Origin: a virus
IMG/VR virus record: IMGVR_UViG_3300045988_148041
Span: 1-39,320 of that record
Direction: 5' to 3' (one strand)
Length of the DNA: 39,320 bases
Shown one piece after another: positions 17,468 to 25,155 of this stretch. Position 1 is the first letter of the stretch. Each line of letters begins with the position of its first letter. The position numbers were made by a program, and so were the translations under genes. A model generated the notes under the pieces. It was not told where the DNA came from, ran no database searches, and saw only the letters and a program-made list of their open reading frames with translations.

Positions 17468-17558
17468 AACAAAACCTCCAAATGTTTAATTATTAGTAAG
17501 TAATTGGTCATTGGAGGTATTTTTATGTAATTTTGTTTTGCGTGTATAACCAAATATT

Positions 17559-17640
17559 GGAGCGCGAACGGAATTACTTTTTCTCCGTCCCCCCGGAACG
17601 CTCGTTCCCACTCGCTCCCCCCTTTTAATGCGCTTCGCTT
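17559..17640. other. GC-rich, C/G-tract island in an AT-rich intergenic region (possible structured RNA or operator)
   Basis: GGAGCGCGAACGG...TCCGTCCCCCCGGAACGCTCGTTCCCACTCGCTCCCCCC. Inverted repeat GGAACG-CT-CGTTCC. Outer GGAGCG/CGCTCC. Two C6 tracts, which are G6 on the minus strand. Confidence 0.3.
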
Positions 17641-17768
17641 TTTGTGGCATTATCAAGGTTTTTGGCTATTGGTTTCGTGGTTTATCGCTTATACTCAACT
17701 TACTGCTGACCAATACTTAACTTATAGTAGATTATATGAAGTTTGGTGTAAGTTAGTACCAAGAGTTT

Positions 17769-18311
17769 TCAATTTCTCGAATTAATTTTTTGGAGTAGTT
17801 GTGATCCGTCTACTAGCTGCACTTTGCTGAGCCTTGCTTCTTGCCTAGCGTCTTCTGTGAACTTAGATGTAGTGACAAAAATCGCTTCGGCGTTGTGAGG
17901 ATGACACGCACCAACTAACTTTTGAACCAAAGGTCTCCCGACAGCATTAGATTGGGCGAATTGTTTGCATTCTACAAAGTAAGTTTTAGTCCCTTTGTAC
18001 ATCACAAGATCTTTACCACCATCACCACTTTTGCGTGTCTGAAGCACGGTGTACCCTTGCGATTTATAGTAATCAGCTACCACACGCTCGAATTGATAGG
18101 GATTGACCTTCATTAAATCGTTCATCGTCATTCTTGAATATGGTTTTTTGAATATATTTTTAAAATCCTCGCCTGATAGATGAATTGCCACTGTCGCTAT
18201 CGCGATGATCAGGAACATCATAATAACAGTAGGATTGAGTATTTTCCCGAAGGTTATGATCGTAAATAAAATTAAAATTGCTTTGACTGTTTTTTTGCTC
18301 ATCAGCATCAC
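17769..18311 (-). CDS. membrane-anchored Mrr-type (PD-(D/E)xK) restriction-endonuclease-domain protein
   Basis: Two N-terminal TM helices (ILILFTIITFG, IMMFLIIAIATVAI). Mrr_cat-like core NPYQFERVVADYYKSQGYTV...GDGGKDLVMY...YFVECKQF. Confidence 0.6.
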   Translation of the reverse strand: MMLMSKKTVKAILILFTIITFGKILNPTVIMMFLIIAIATVAIHLSGEDFKNIFKKPYSRMTMNDLMKVNPYQFERVVADYYKSQGYTVLQTRKSGDGGKDLVMYKGTKTYFVECKQFAQSNAVGRPLVQKLVGACHPHNAEAIFVTTSKFTEDARQEARLSKVQLVDGSQLLQKINSRN

Positions 18312-18375
18312 CTATCGTTAGGATCGCCAAAAAAAGAGCGGATTATACACAATAGAATCCTGTTTTTAGATGCAA

Positions 18376-18404
18376 ATAAAAAAAGACTTGGAATAACCAA
18401 GTCT
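18376..18404 (-). terminator. intrinsic terminator of the parMR operon
   Basis: On the minus strand: AGACTTGG-TTATT-CCAAGTCT followed by TTTTTTT. Confidence 0.7.
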
Positions 18405-18618
18405 ACCAGTCTTTTTCTTTAAATAGATCCTTTGTTTCTTGTGGCACATTGAATGCGTCCTCTTTGATGTTGCCACTTACTTTATCAGCTAACGTTGTTA
18501 AAATAAAAGAAGTAAAGTTGCGTTTGTCAGCTTTAGCTGCTTCCTCGATAGCTTGTAACAACGCTTCGTCACCTTCATAAAAAGTGATCGTCTTTTTAGC
18601 AATTATTTTACGCGCCAT
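18403..18618 (-). CDS. parR: ParR-like ribbon-helix-helix partition adaptor
   Basis: 71 aa. Beta-strand KTITFYEGDEAL then helices LQAIEEAAKADKRNFTSFILTTLADKV. Lies immediately downstream of parM. Confidence 0.5.
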   Translation of the reverse strand: MARKIIAKKTITFYEGDEALLQAIEEAAKADKRNFTSFILTTLADKVSGNIKEDAFNVPQETKDLFKEKDW

Positions 18619-18622
18619 ATTA

Positions 18623-19585
18623 TTACCCCTTTTTGATCAATGTGTATTTATAGAATCCTCTTGCATTCGCGATTTGTGCTTCGGGATAAACTATCGCATT
18701 TGAACGTAATTTTATGTGATTTTTAATAGCCAAAGCTCCACCACCAGTATAGATAATTCTGTCATAGTGTGCTAAATTAATCCCACTTCGTCTGATAACA
18801 GTTTCTAAGGCTGATACGAAGTCTGTTTTAACTAAATCTAATTCTTCGGTGAAATCAAATGTTTCGCCGTATTTATGAATAATTGGCGAGATATCATCGC
18901 TCACATCGTTATGTGTAAAATGATAATCAGTCCCTTTGTATTTGTTGTTCATTTCACGAACTAAATCATTTACGATATCCATACAACCAGTGTCGTCACC
19001 TGCTAATTTCTCGACTTGCAACCCATTTGTGGCAAGTATATCCGTAGTTGAGTAACCAATATCAATCACAACGTAATTGAATTTGTTACGGTTGTTAACG
19101 ATTTGCAGTTTTTCATTGAAAACGAAGTCACATAGAGTCCCTAACGGCTCACACGCAACGAAAACATCTTGGATATTGATGACATATTCCTCAACAACAT
19201 CGTCAATTATAACGTTTATTGCATGGCGGCCAGTCAATTTTTTAACAATCTGTTTCTTTAGGTCGATTTTTTCAAAGTCCCTGCAAGGAACTCCAATAGT
19301 TAATGATACATTGCGCTCAGTGATGACCTGAGTAATCGCGATTAATAATTCTAAAAGATATTCTTTGCTTAAATAACGGTCAGAGCTACGTCCACCACTA
19401 CTGATCCCCGTTGTATCTAAAGTATATTGTTTCCCTTCATATTCATAGATTGTCCCAATACCACCTACGATATTAAATTCGCTTCCTGTCAAACGTTTTA
19501 ATTTGTTAGGGTATGTCAACTCTGTGTCATTGGATACAACTTTAATGAAGCCGTTTGCAACCTCTAGTCCTATTTTTTGACTCAT
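18623..19585 (-). CDS. parM: ParM/StbA-family actin-like segregation ATPase
   Basis: Phosphate-1 motif IGLEVANGFIKVV. Phosphate-2 motif VVIDIGYSTTDILA. Adenosine motif YTGGGALAI. Confidence 0.7.
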   Translation of the reverse strand: MSQKIGLEVANGFIKVVSNDTELTYPNKLKRLTGSEFNIVGGIGTIYEYEGKQYTLDTTGISSGGRSSDRYLSKEYLLELLIAITQVITERNVSLTIGVPCRDFEKIDLKKQIVKKLTGRHAINVIIDDVVEEYVINIQDVFVACEPLGTLCDFVFNEKLQIVNNRNKFNYVVIDIGYSTTDILATNGLQVEKLAGDDTGCMDIVNDLVREMNNKYKGTDYHFTHNDVSDDISPIIHKYGETFDFTEELDLVKTDFVSALETVIRRSGINLAHYDRIIYTGGGALAIKNHIKLRSNAIVYPEAQIANARGFYKYTLIKKG

Positions 19586-19589
19586 TTTC

Positions 19590-19860
19590 GATTCCTCCTT
19601 AAACTCTTTCTAGTACATATTATGTTGCTATTTTAAAAAAATCAACCACTTTCTGTTTTTTTCTTGATAAAAACTTCTATTTTCAGTTTATATAAGAAAA
19701 AATAAGTCAATAACTAGATTATATACTTATGAAAAATAGTTATTATACGTATATAAAAAGGTTTTAACTATAAAAAATAAGAAAAAAACTTCTAAAAGAA
19801 GGTATCTTATGGTTATCCTCTGCATATAATGTACTAAGAAGCAAATGAAAGGGGAAATGC
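19590..19860. promoter_or_regulatory. AT-rich divergent control region (candidate parC centromere plus promoters)
   Basis: Reiterated TATATA(A/C) and AAAAATA(A/G)G words. TGcATATAAT at 19821-19830 precedes the plus-strand operon. Confidence 0.3.
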
Positions 19861-19863
19861 GGA

Positions 19864-20109
19864 ATGAAAAAAGATTTCTTAGATTGTAAAACGGTTAAAG
19901 AATGTGTTGAGTGGTATTTAGTAGAAACAGAAGGAAAAGAAAGAGATGTAGAGTTTGATCTAGGATTTATATCATCGTTGTTCGATAATCACTACTGGGA
20001 GCTAGTGGATGAAGCAGAAGAGTTGAAACTTGAAGCAGAACGTAAAAGCCGAATCGCAGAATGTTTGAAAGATAGTCAAGTGTTAGAAGATATCGTGGAG
20101 TGGGCTTAG
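19864..20109 (+). CDS. small acidic hypothetical protein
   Basis: 81 aa, rich in D/E. Confidence 0.45.
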   Translation: MKKDFLDCKTVKECVEWYLVETEGKERDVEFDLGFISSLFDNHYWELVDEAEELKLEAERKSRIAECLKDSQVLEDIVEWA

Positions 20110-20143
20110 GCTCACTCTTCACTTAAAATTGGAGGGATTAGTT

Positions 20144-20506
20144 TTGCGTTTAGATATTTGTAACGAAACAATCACGTGGAGTCGTTTAAATCAATATCCT
20201 AGAGTTTTTGAAACGTTTATGCACGACGTTATGTTAGACTTGACTGGCTGTAATGGGTTCGAGTTTTTAATAAATAATGGGGTTTACACCCTAGATGAAC
20301 CCTATTTAATTGAAAAAGAATTTATGGAAAGTTGGGTGAATGTAGCAAAAGATGTTCCAAACAAATTTTATTTGCACAAATTATGTTTAAATATATCCAA
20401 AAAATTAGTTTATGCGAAGTGTACTTATACCGACAAAGTCTTTTACGTCAAGTATGAAGTTGATATCCCCGGCGAAGATGTTGCAAGTGACGATCATATG
20501 CATTGA
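20144..20506 (+). CDS. hypothetical protein
   Basis: The RBS GGAGGG favours a TTG start at 20144 over the ORF-track start at 20129. Confidence 0.4.
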   Translation: MRLDICNETITWSRLNQYPRVFETFMHDVMLDLTGCNGFEFLINNGVYTLDEPYLIEKEFMESWVNVAKDVPNKFYLHKLCLNISKKLVYAKCTYTDKVFYVKYEVDIPGEDVASDDHMH

Positions 20507-20615
20507 TTAAAAGAATAAATTTAAAAGAAAGTTTTCGAAAATACTTGTAATTCATTCGCGAATGAGTTATATTATAAGTGTAACAGGGAATAACAAATCG
20601 AAGGGATGATAAAAT

Positions 20616-20816
20616 ATGAATAAATTTGAATTAGCGTGTGAATTAAGAGGAAAATACGATTTAGAAGAATTGCAACAAATGAAACTAGTTGCTACACCTG
20701 GTGAAGATATGGAACAAGAAGAAATTGAATCAGTGTGGGAATCAGGCGACGCTCACTACTTATTATTGGTTGACGAAGAAGATTGTAAATCAATTTACGA
20801 TAAATATTTAGCTTAA
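20616..20816 (+). CDS. small acidic hypothetical protein
   Basis: 66 aa (EDMEQEEIESVWESGD...). RBS AAGGGATGATAAAATATG. Confidence 0.45.
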   Translation: MNKFELACELRGKYDLEELQQMKLVATPGEDMEQEEIESVWESGDAHYLLLVDEEDCKSIYDKYLA

Positions 20817-20830
20817 TAGGAGGAATTGCC

Positions 20831-21304
20831 ATGATTAAAACTAAAGAATGGTTAATTGAGTCTCGCCAAAAGGCTGGGATTACCCAACAGCAACTTGCGG
20901 AACGTAGTGGAGTTTCGGTTCATGCTATCAGAAATATCGAGCAAGGAACTAGAGAAGGCTCTTCCGAGACATGGAAGGCGCTAATAACTGCATTAGAGAA
21001 TAGAACGTACACATTAGTTGAAGTGATAGAGGAACTAAAGGGTTACAAAATAGAGTATCAAACTATATACGGAATTATAGGTGGGTTAAAATATGATGAT
21101 TTTTCGCGTTTACACGATGATTTTTTCGCGGTAACAATCTTTAGAAATGATGACAATTTACAATTTTACGTTAACTTAAATAAAGAATTAATGTTCATAA
21201 AAAAATCTGATGTTAATTACAAGGAGTTCACATCATTCAATAATAAAGAGATAATCACGTTTTGCGATTCAGATGCAAGAACTGCTCATAGTTTAAAAAA
21301 ATAG
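20831..21304 (+). CDS. XRE-family HTH regulator with a C-terminal domain
   Basis: AGITQQQLAERSGVSVHAIRNIEQG is an HTH motif. Confidence 0.55.
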   Translation: MIKTKEWLIESRQKAGITQQQLAERSGVSVHAIRNIEQGTREGSSETWKALITALENRTYTLVEVIEELKGYKIEYQTIYGIIGGLKYDDFSRLHDDFFAVTIFRNDDNLQFYVNLNKELMFIKKSDVNYKEFTSFNNKEIITFCDSDARTAHSLKK

Positions 21305-21335
21305 GTATGTAATTAAAATCATAGTTCTAAATATA

Positions 21336-21361
21336 AAAACCACCTTTTTTGGTGGTTTTTA
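21336..21361. terminator. bidirectional intrinsic terminator between convergent operons
   Basis: AAAAACCACC-TTTTTT-GGTGGTTTTT. Confidence 0.75.
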
Positions 21362-21368
21362 TATTGTT

Positions 21369-22121
21369 TTAGCTATGAAATTTTTTGGTTTCTGATGAAT
21401 ATAAGATAGGATTTTTCGTTAAACCACAAGAATATACTTTATTGCATAATATTGATAAATAATCATCCACTGAACGTTGTCGTGTTATATTAGGTAAAAA
21501 TTGTTTAATTTTACGTTCCATTTGTGAATGATCGTATCCCTCTTTAAAGAATAATCTTGAAAAAGCCGTGATAAAATGGCTTTGCTTGTAGTTTCTAAAT
21601 TCATGGAACGATTCGAGGGCCATAAAAAATAATACCACAGAATCTAATCCATCTAACGACACTGCGCCTGTTCTAAATTCTCGTTTCAGTTGCGGTATAT
21701 TTTTTTCTTGAACGACAGATAATATCTTTAGAAAATCATTAATACTTATATCGAAATCGTTTGTGATTTCTGCTATTTTTAGATACTTCTCTTCTTTTAA
21801 TTCGCAATAGCGGTGAAGATAATCTGCATCATACCAACGTCTTCCACCATTAACATTAGCTCTTATTACGTCATCAATGCTATATCCATTCTCCATAATA
21901 TAATAGACGGGTAATTTCAAATATTCACACGCCTTAAATCTATGTTGACCATCGATAATTTCAAATTTTTCATTTACTGTAATTGGAATGATTAACTGTT
22001 TCTCCTTCATACTCTCAATTATTTGATTAAGATTCGTTGGATTTGTTCTTCTGTTTCCGCCCATGATTTTAAACAATGAGTAGTCGTTTGTTTTCATTAC
22101 ACTTGTGTAAACTTCAATCAT
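21369..22121 (-). CDS. ParB/Sulfiredoxin-like nuclease-domain protein with a DGQHR motif (DndB-like)
   Basis: EIIDGQHRFKACEYLKLPVYYIM. Confidence 0.55.
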   Translation of the reverse strand: MIEVYTSVMKTNDYSLFKIMGGNRRTNPTNLNQIIESMKEKQLIIPITVNEKFEIIDGQHRFKACEYLKLPVYYIMENGYSIDDVIRANVNGGRRWYDADYLHRYCELKEEKYLKIAEITNDFDISINDFLKILSVVQEKNIPQLKREFRTGAVSLDGLDSVVLFFMALESFHEFRNYKQSHFITAFSRLFFKEGYDHSQMERKIKQFLPNITRQRSVDDYLSILCNKVYSCGLTKNPILYSSETKKFHS

Positions 22122-22650
22122 ATTTGTACCCTCCTGTAATATACCACTTTCTATAATCTTTTCTTTTACAATCCTTGCATTGATTCAAGTGACCGTCTTT
22201 CATGCCTTTGTTTTTGTTAAATTCGGACAGCGGTTTAGTTTCTCCACATTTGTTGCATTTTTTTGTTGCTTCTGAAATGGTTGCTTCTGAAATGGTTGCT
22301 TCTGAAATGGTTGCTTCTGAAATGGTTGCTTTCCTTTGGTTATAAGCATCTTTATACTTTTTTGCGCAAAACCTACAATAAGATTTAACGCCACTTTTGC
22401 TTTTTTTGTGTTTATTAAAGTAACTTAAAGGCAAGATTGTTTCGCATTGCGAACAAGTCTTGTAACCAGCAGGAGCTACGTCGTTGATTATCGGCCTTTT
22501 TAAGTTCAATTCACTTGCTTTAGTGTAGATCGATTTAATATCTCTTTCTAAAGCGTTCGATATTTCTTTTGTTGTGAACTCTGAACTTTTATATGCATAA
22601 CGCAAAAAAACAATCTCTTCTTCAGTCCATAATTTTCGCTTTTTTTCCAT
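22114..22650 (-). CDS. zinc-ribbon repeat protein with an ATISE pentapeptide tandem repeat
   Basis: Two CxxC-x(20-25)-CxxC modules (CSQCETILPLSYFNKHKKSKSGVKSYCRFC and CNKCGETKPLSEFNKNKGMKDGHLNQCKDC). N-terminal HTH-like WTEEEIVFL. The ATISE repeat is encoded by a 15-bp tandem repeat. Confidence 0.5.
   Translation of the reverse strand: MEKKRKLWTEEEIVFLRYAYKSSEFTTKEISNALERDIKSIYTKASELNLKRPIINDVAPAGYKTCSQCETILPLSYFNKHKKSKSGVKSYCRFCAKKYKDAYNQRKATISEATISEATISEATISEATKKCNKCGETKPLSEFNKNKGMKDGHLNQCKDCKRKDYRKWYITGGYKYD
22265..22330. repeat. 15-bp tandem repeat (GTTGCTTCTGAAATG), 4.4 copies, inside the CDS
   Basis: Read directly from the sequence. Confidence 0.9.
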
Positions 22651-22795
22651 ATTTATTTTCTAACCTCTCTGTATCTGCTATCACCAATTCCGTTATGTAA
22701 TCTTTAGCGGTCATATTAGATATTACGGCGTTCATTTTGATTTGTTGTTTAAGATCTTCTTTAATTCTAATTGTCAAAGTTGTTGTTTTATCCAT
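22622..22795 (-). CDS. ribbon-helix-helix (CopG/Arc-like) small protein, 57 aa
   Basis: Not in the ORF track. RBS GGAGGTG then ATG. MDKTTTLTIRIKEDLKQQIKMNAVISNMTAKDYITELV shows an RHH pattern. Overlaps the start of the downstream gene. Confidence 0.4.
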   Translation of the reverse strand: MDKTTTLTIRIKEDLKQQIKMNAVISNMTAKDYITELVIADTERLENKYGKKAKIMD

Positions 22796-22945
22796 GCTGC
22801 ACCTCCAAATAAAAAGATACTATTTAATATACTAATGGTCTAGTTGTAAGTAATGGGTTCAAACCCTTTTTAAGGTTTTATTTGAAGTTATTAGAATTGC
22901 ATTTCTATCGCGATAAACATAAAGTGCGATTAAATTTAGAAATTA

Positions 22946-22975
22946 TTGTTATTTTTATCGGTTAATGGTATAATA
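22946..22975 (+). promoter_or_regulatory. strong sigma-A-like plus-strand promoter (TTGTTA-17-TGgTATAAT)
   Basis: -35 at 22946-22951. Extended -10 TGGTATAAT at 22966-22974. A plus-strand terminator lies about 100 nt downstream, so this would make a short non-coding transcript. Confidence 0.5.
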
Positions 22976-23053
22976 GTATTACTTTAACTTTACAACTTAC
23001 AACCTTTCAATGTGCATCAAGCGTTTGCTTGTGACATGTTCGAATCAAAAGGC

Positions 23054-23080
23054 AACCTATCGATGAGGTTGTTTTTTTTG
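23054..23080 (+). terminator. plus-strand intrinsic terminator
   Basis: CAACCT-ATCGATG-AGGTTG followed by TTTTTTTT. Confidence 0.55.
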
Positions 23081-23083
23081 TGC

Positions 23084-23113
23084 ATAAAAAAAGAGGCAAG
23101 CATAAGCTCGCCT
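23084..23113 (-). terminator. terminator of the lysis cassette
   Basis: On the minus strand: AGGCGAGC-TTAT-GCTTGCCT (one G-U pair) then CTTTTTTT. Confidence 0.6.
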
Positions 23114-23688
23114 TACTCAAAAATTTTATAGTTAATATCTAGTGATAATACCGTGTTATAGTAGCTTGACACGACATACTGAAGATCAGGGCTAGACTTT
23201 TTACACCAAAGCACGTGCGTTGGGTTTAAAGTGCTATCTATACCAGCTTTTAACACCGCATTTGATTTGCTCGTTTGTGGCGTGTAATTAGGGTATTCGA
23301 TATCTGTATCGCACTCAATATGTAAATGTGCTCCTGATGATGCACCTGTATTTCCATAGTAGCCGATACGCGTGTCTTTCGTCACGTTCTGTCCTTGTTT
23401 AACTCGAATTTTATCTAAATGGTAATAACGCATAGCAATGTCTTTAATTGCACCAGTTGGAAGCTCACAATCTTTATACACGATAACGACTACATTACCA
23501 CCTGAAGGATGCCAACCACAATGAGTCACTATTCCGTGTCCACTAGCCCAAATAGTTGTGTCTTTGCGTTTTTCATCCGTACAATCAACTCCGTAATGAG
23601 TATAGCCAAATTCTCTTTTATAAGCTGAGTTCTTGTATCCTGCCGTAACACGCATTGAATTGATAGGTAAAATTAAACGTTGTGACAT
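23113..23688 (-). CDS. M23-family peptidase (endolysin, catalytic domain only)
   Basis: HYGVDCT...GIVTH...GNTGASSGAHLHIECD, with the HxH and HxxxD zinc motifs. Confidence 0.65.
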   Translation of the reverse strand: MSQRLILPINSMRVTAGYKNSAYKREFGYTHYGVDCTDEKRKDTTIWASGHGIVTHCGWHPSGGNVVVIVYKDCELPTGAIKDIAMRYYHLDKIRVKQGQNVTKDTRIGYYGNTGASSGAHLHIECDTDIEYPNYTPQTSKSNAVLKAGIDSTLNPTHVLWCKKSSPDLQYVVSSYYNTVLSLDINYKIFE

Positions 23689-23690
23689 TA

Positions 23691-24068
23691 TTATTCCCCC
23701 TTTGTTTTTTGATTAAAAATTTCTAGCTTTTCAGCCACAATAATAGGCAACTCAACCCCACACTCATGTAAATTTTCTAAGATTGAACCGCCCTCTTTAT
23801 AGATAAATAAAGCCAACGTGAAACCACAGAGCATGTAATTAAGCCCTAATACCACATCAACACCGATAACAAACACGACAGCTACCATTTCTGCAATCCA
23901 ACGCACGATGCCGTCACGCATTTTAGAGCTTTTGTAATTTTGGTTTTTCCACGACTTAAGGATGCCTAATAGCATATCAATGACTTTAATACCTAAATAT
24001 GCGACAACTAATGTCGAAATACTTTGTGGTAATATTGCTAAAATTCCGTATTGTAACATTTTTTTCAC
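23691..24068 (-). CDS. holin (multi-TM, Holin_4_1/TcdE-like)
   Basis: 125 aa with 3-4 hydrophobic helices. Sits immediately upstream of the endolysin. Confidence 0.6.
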   Translation of the reverse strand: MKKMLQYGILAILPQSISTLVVAYLGIKVIDMLLGILKSWKNQNYKSSKMRDGIVRWIAEMVAVVFVIGVDVVLGLNYMLCGFTLALFIYKEGGSILENLHECGVELPIIVAEKLEIFNQKTKGE

Positions 24069-24129
24069 TCCAAATAGTTTAATATTTTTTTAACACACAA
24101 TAAAAGCCACTCCGAAGAGTGACTTTTTA

Positions 24130-25143
24130 TTAAGCTACATTTAGAAATGCTTCAATTAAATCATCAGCATCGCGATCATCATACAACGACACCATGTCTA
24201 ATGACTCCCAATTCACAATCGCTTTGATTAATTCAGGCGGATATCCTGCGCGACCTAACTCTGTACAGAAATTATGGCGTAGACAATGGAAATAAAAACT
24301 CACGTCAAACCAATTTCCAAACGTAACCGCCCACGATTTCAAAGTTTGGGTTTTCAACGGAACCCACTCTTCCGTTTTTTTATCATATTTAACAAATAAA
24401 TGCTGGATTTTATCGGGCACACCTAATCGCTTACGTTCTTCTAACCATAAGTTCAAATAAGGCTCAAATTTATCGATTAAAACGTATCTAGGTATTTGTT
24501 TACCCAACTTTCCTCTGCCCTTTGTACGGAGCTTTTCAGGCGTTTTCCAAAATTTATTCCACTTAACGCAATCGTCTGTGAAATAATTGCACTTGAATTG
24601 GACCAATTCCGATACTCGGCTACCACTAGCCCAGGCTAGAGCGAAAGCACACGCTTTTTGGTATTGTTTTTTCTCTACTAAGTGATCTAAGAATTTTTGG
24701 CACTGCTCATCTGAAAGAACTGTTTTTTCTCGCACATTTTCTCTAGCAGGAGCTTCGATTTTTAAAATAATATTTCTGAAACCTTTCCACTTAGGTTCTT
24801 CATCTAAAAAGTTTTCAATGTATTTACTTAAGCTAGATAACGATGATCTAACGCGTTTAATTCGCGCCGGAGATAACCCTTCACTTAACATATAGCCTTG
24901 GAAATTCAAGTAATCATTTTTCTTAACCTCGCAAAAGTCTTTATTTTGGCACTTATCACGGAACCAACTAAAGAAGATATATAAATCACTTCGATAATTT
25001 GTGACCGTTACAGGGCTTCTATCGACTCCTGTGCAATACATTAAGAAACTGTCAACCAACTGTAAATTTTCAGGATTAATCGTGCTAATGTCCGAACTCG
25101 CTAGCACACGCTTTGTTTTTCTAGTATTTTTTCTTTTACCCAT
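24130..25143 (-). CDS. tyrosine site-specific recombinase (Xer/Cre-like integrase or resolvase)
   Basis: SAM-like N-domain. Catalytic residues present: SGSRVSEL (R), HCLRHNF (H-x-x-R), and the nucleophile in ...MVSLYDD. No extended arm-binding N-terminus. RBS GGAGGG. Confidence 0.8.
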   Translation of the reverse strand: MGKRKNTRKTKRVLASSDISTINPENLQLVDSFLMYCTGVDRSPVTVTNYRSDLYIFFSWFRDKCQNKDFCEVKKNDYLNFQGYMLSEGLSPARIKRVRSSLSSLSKYIENFLDEEPKWKGFRNIILKIEAPARENVREKTVLSDEQCQKFLDHLVEKKQYQKACAFALAWASGSRVSELVQFKCNYFTDDCVKWNKFWKTPEKLRTKGRGKLGKQIPRYVLIDKFEPYLNLWLEERKRLGVPDKIQHLFVKYDKKTEEWVPLKTQTLKSWAVTFGNWFDVSFYFHCLRHNFCTELGRAGYPPELIKAIVNWESLDMVSLYDDRDADDLIEAFLNVA

Positions 25144-25155
25144 AATATCAACCCT

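Noticed and set aside
17500-17520. Start-stop mini-ORF (GGAGG-N8-ATGTAA) on the plus strand upstream of the FtsK-like gene
   Set aside because: This 6-nt coincidence is expected by chance in AT-rich DNA. The GGAGG is the reverse orientation of the FtsK-like gene's own RBS context.
22846-22875. GGGTTCAAACCC hairpin resembling a tRNA 3' end. Considered as an attP core overlapping a tRNA.
   Set aside because: No acceptor-stem pairing and no upstream tRNA body. Probably a small terminator-like hairpin.
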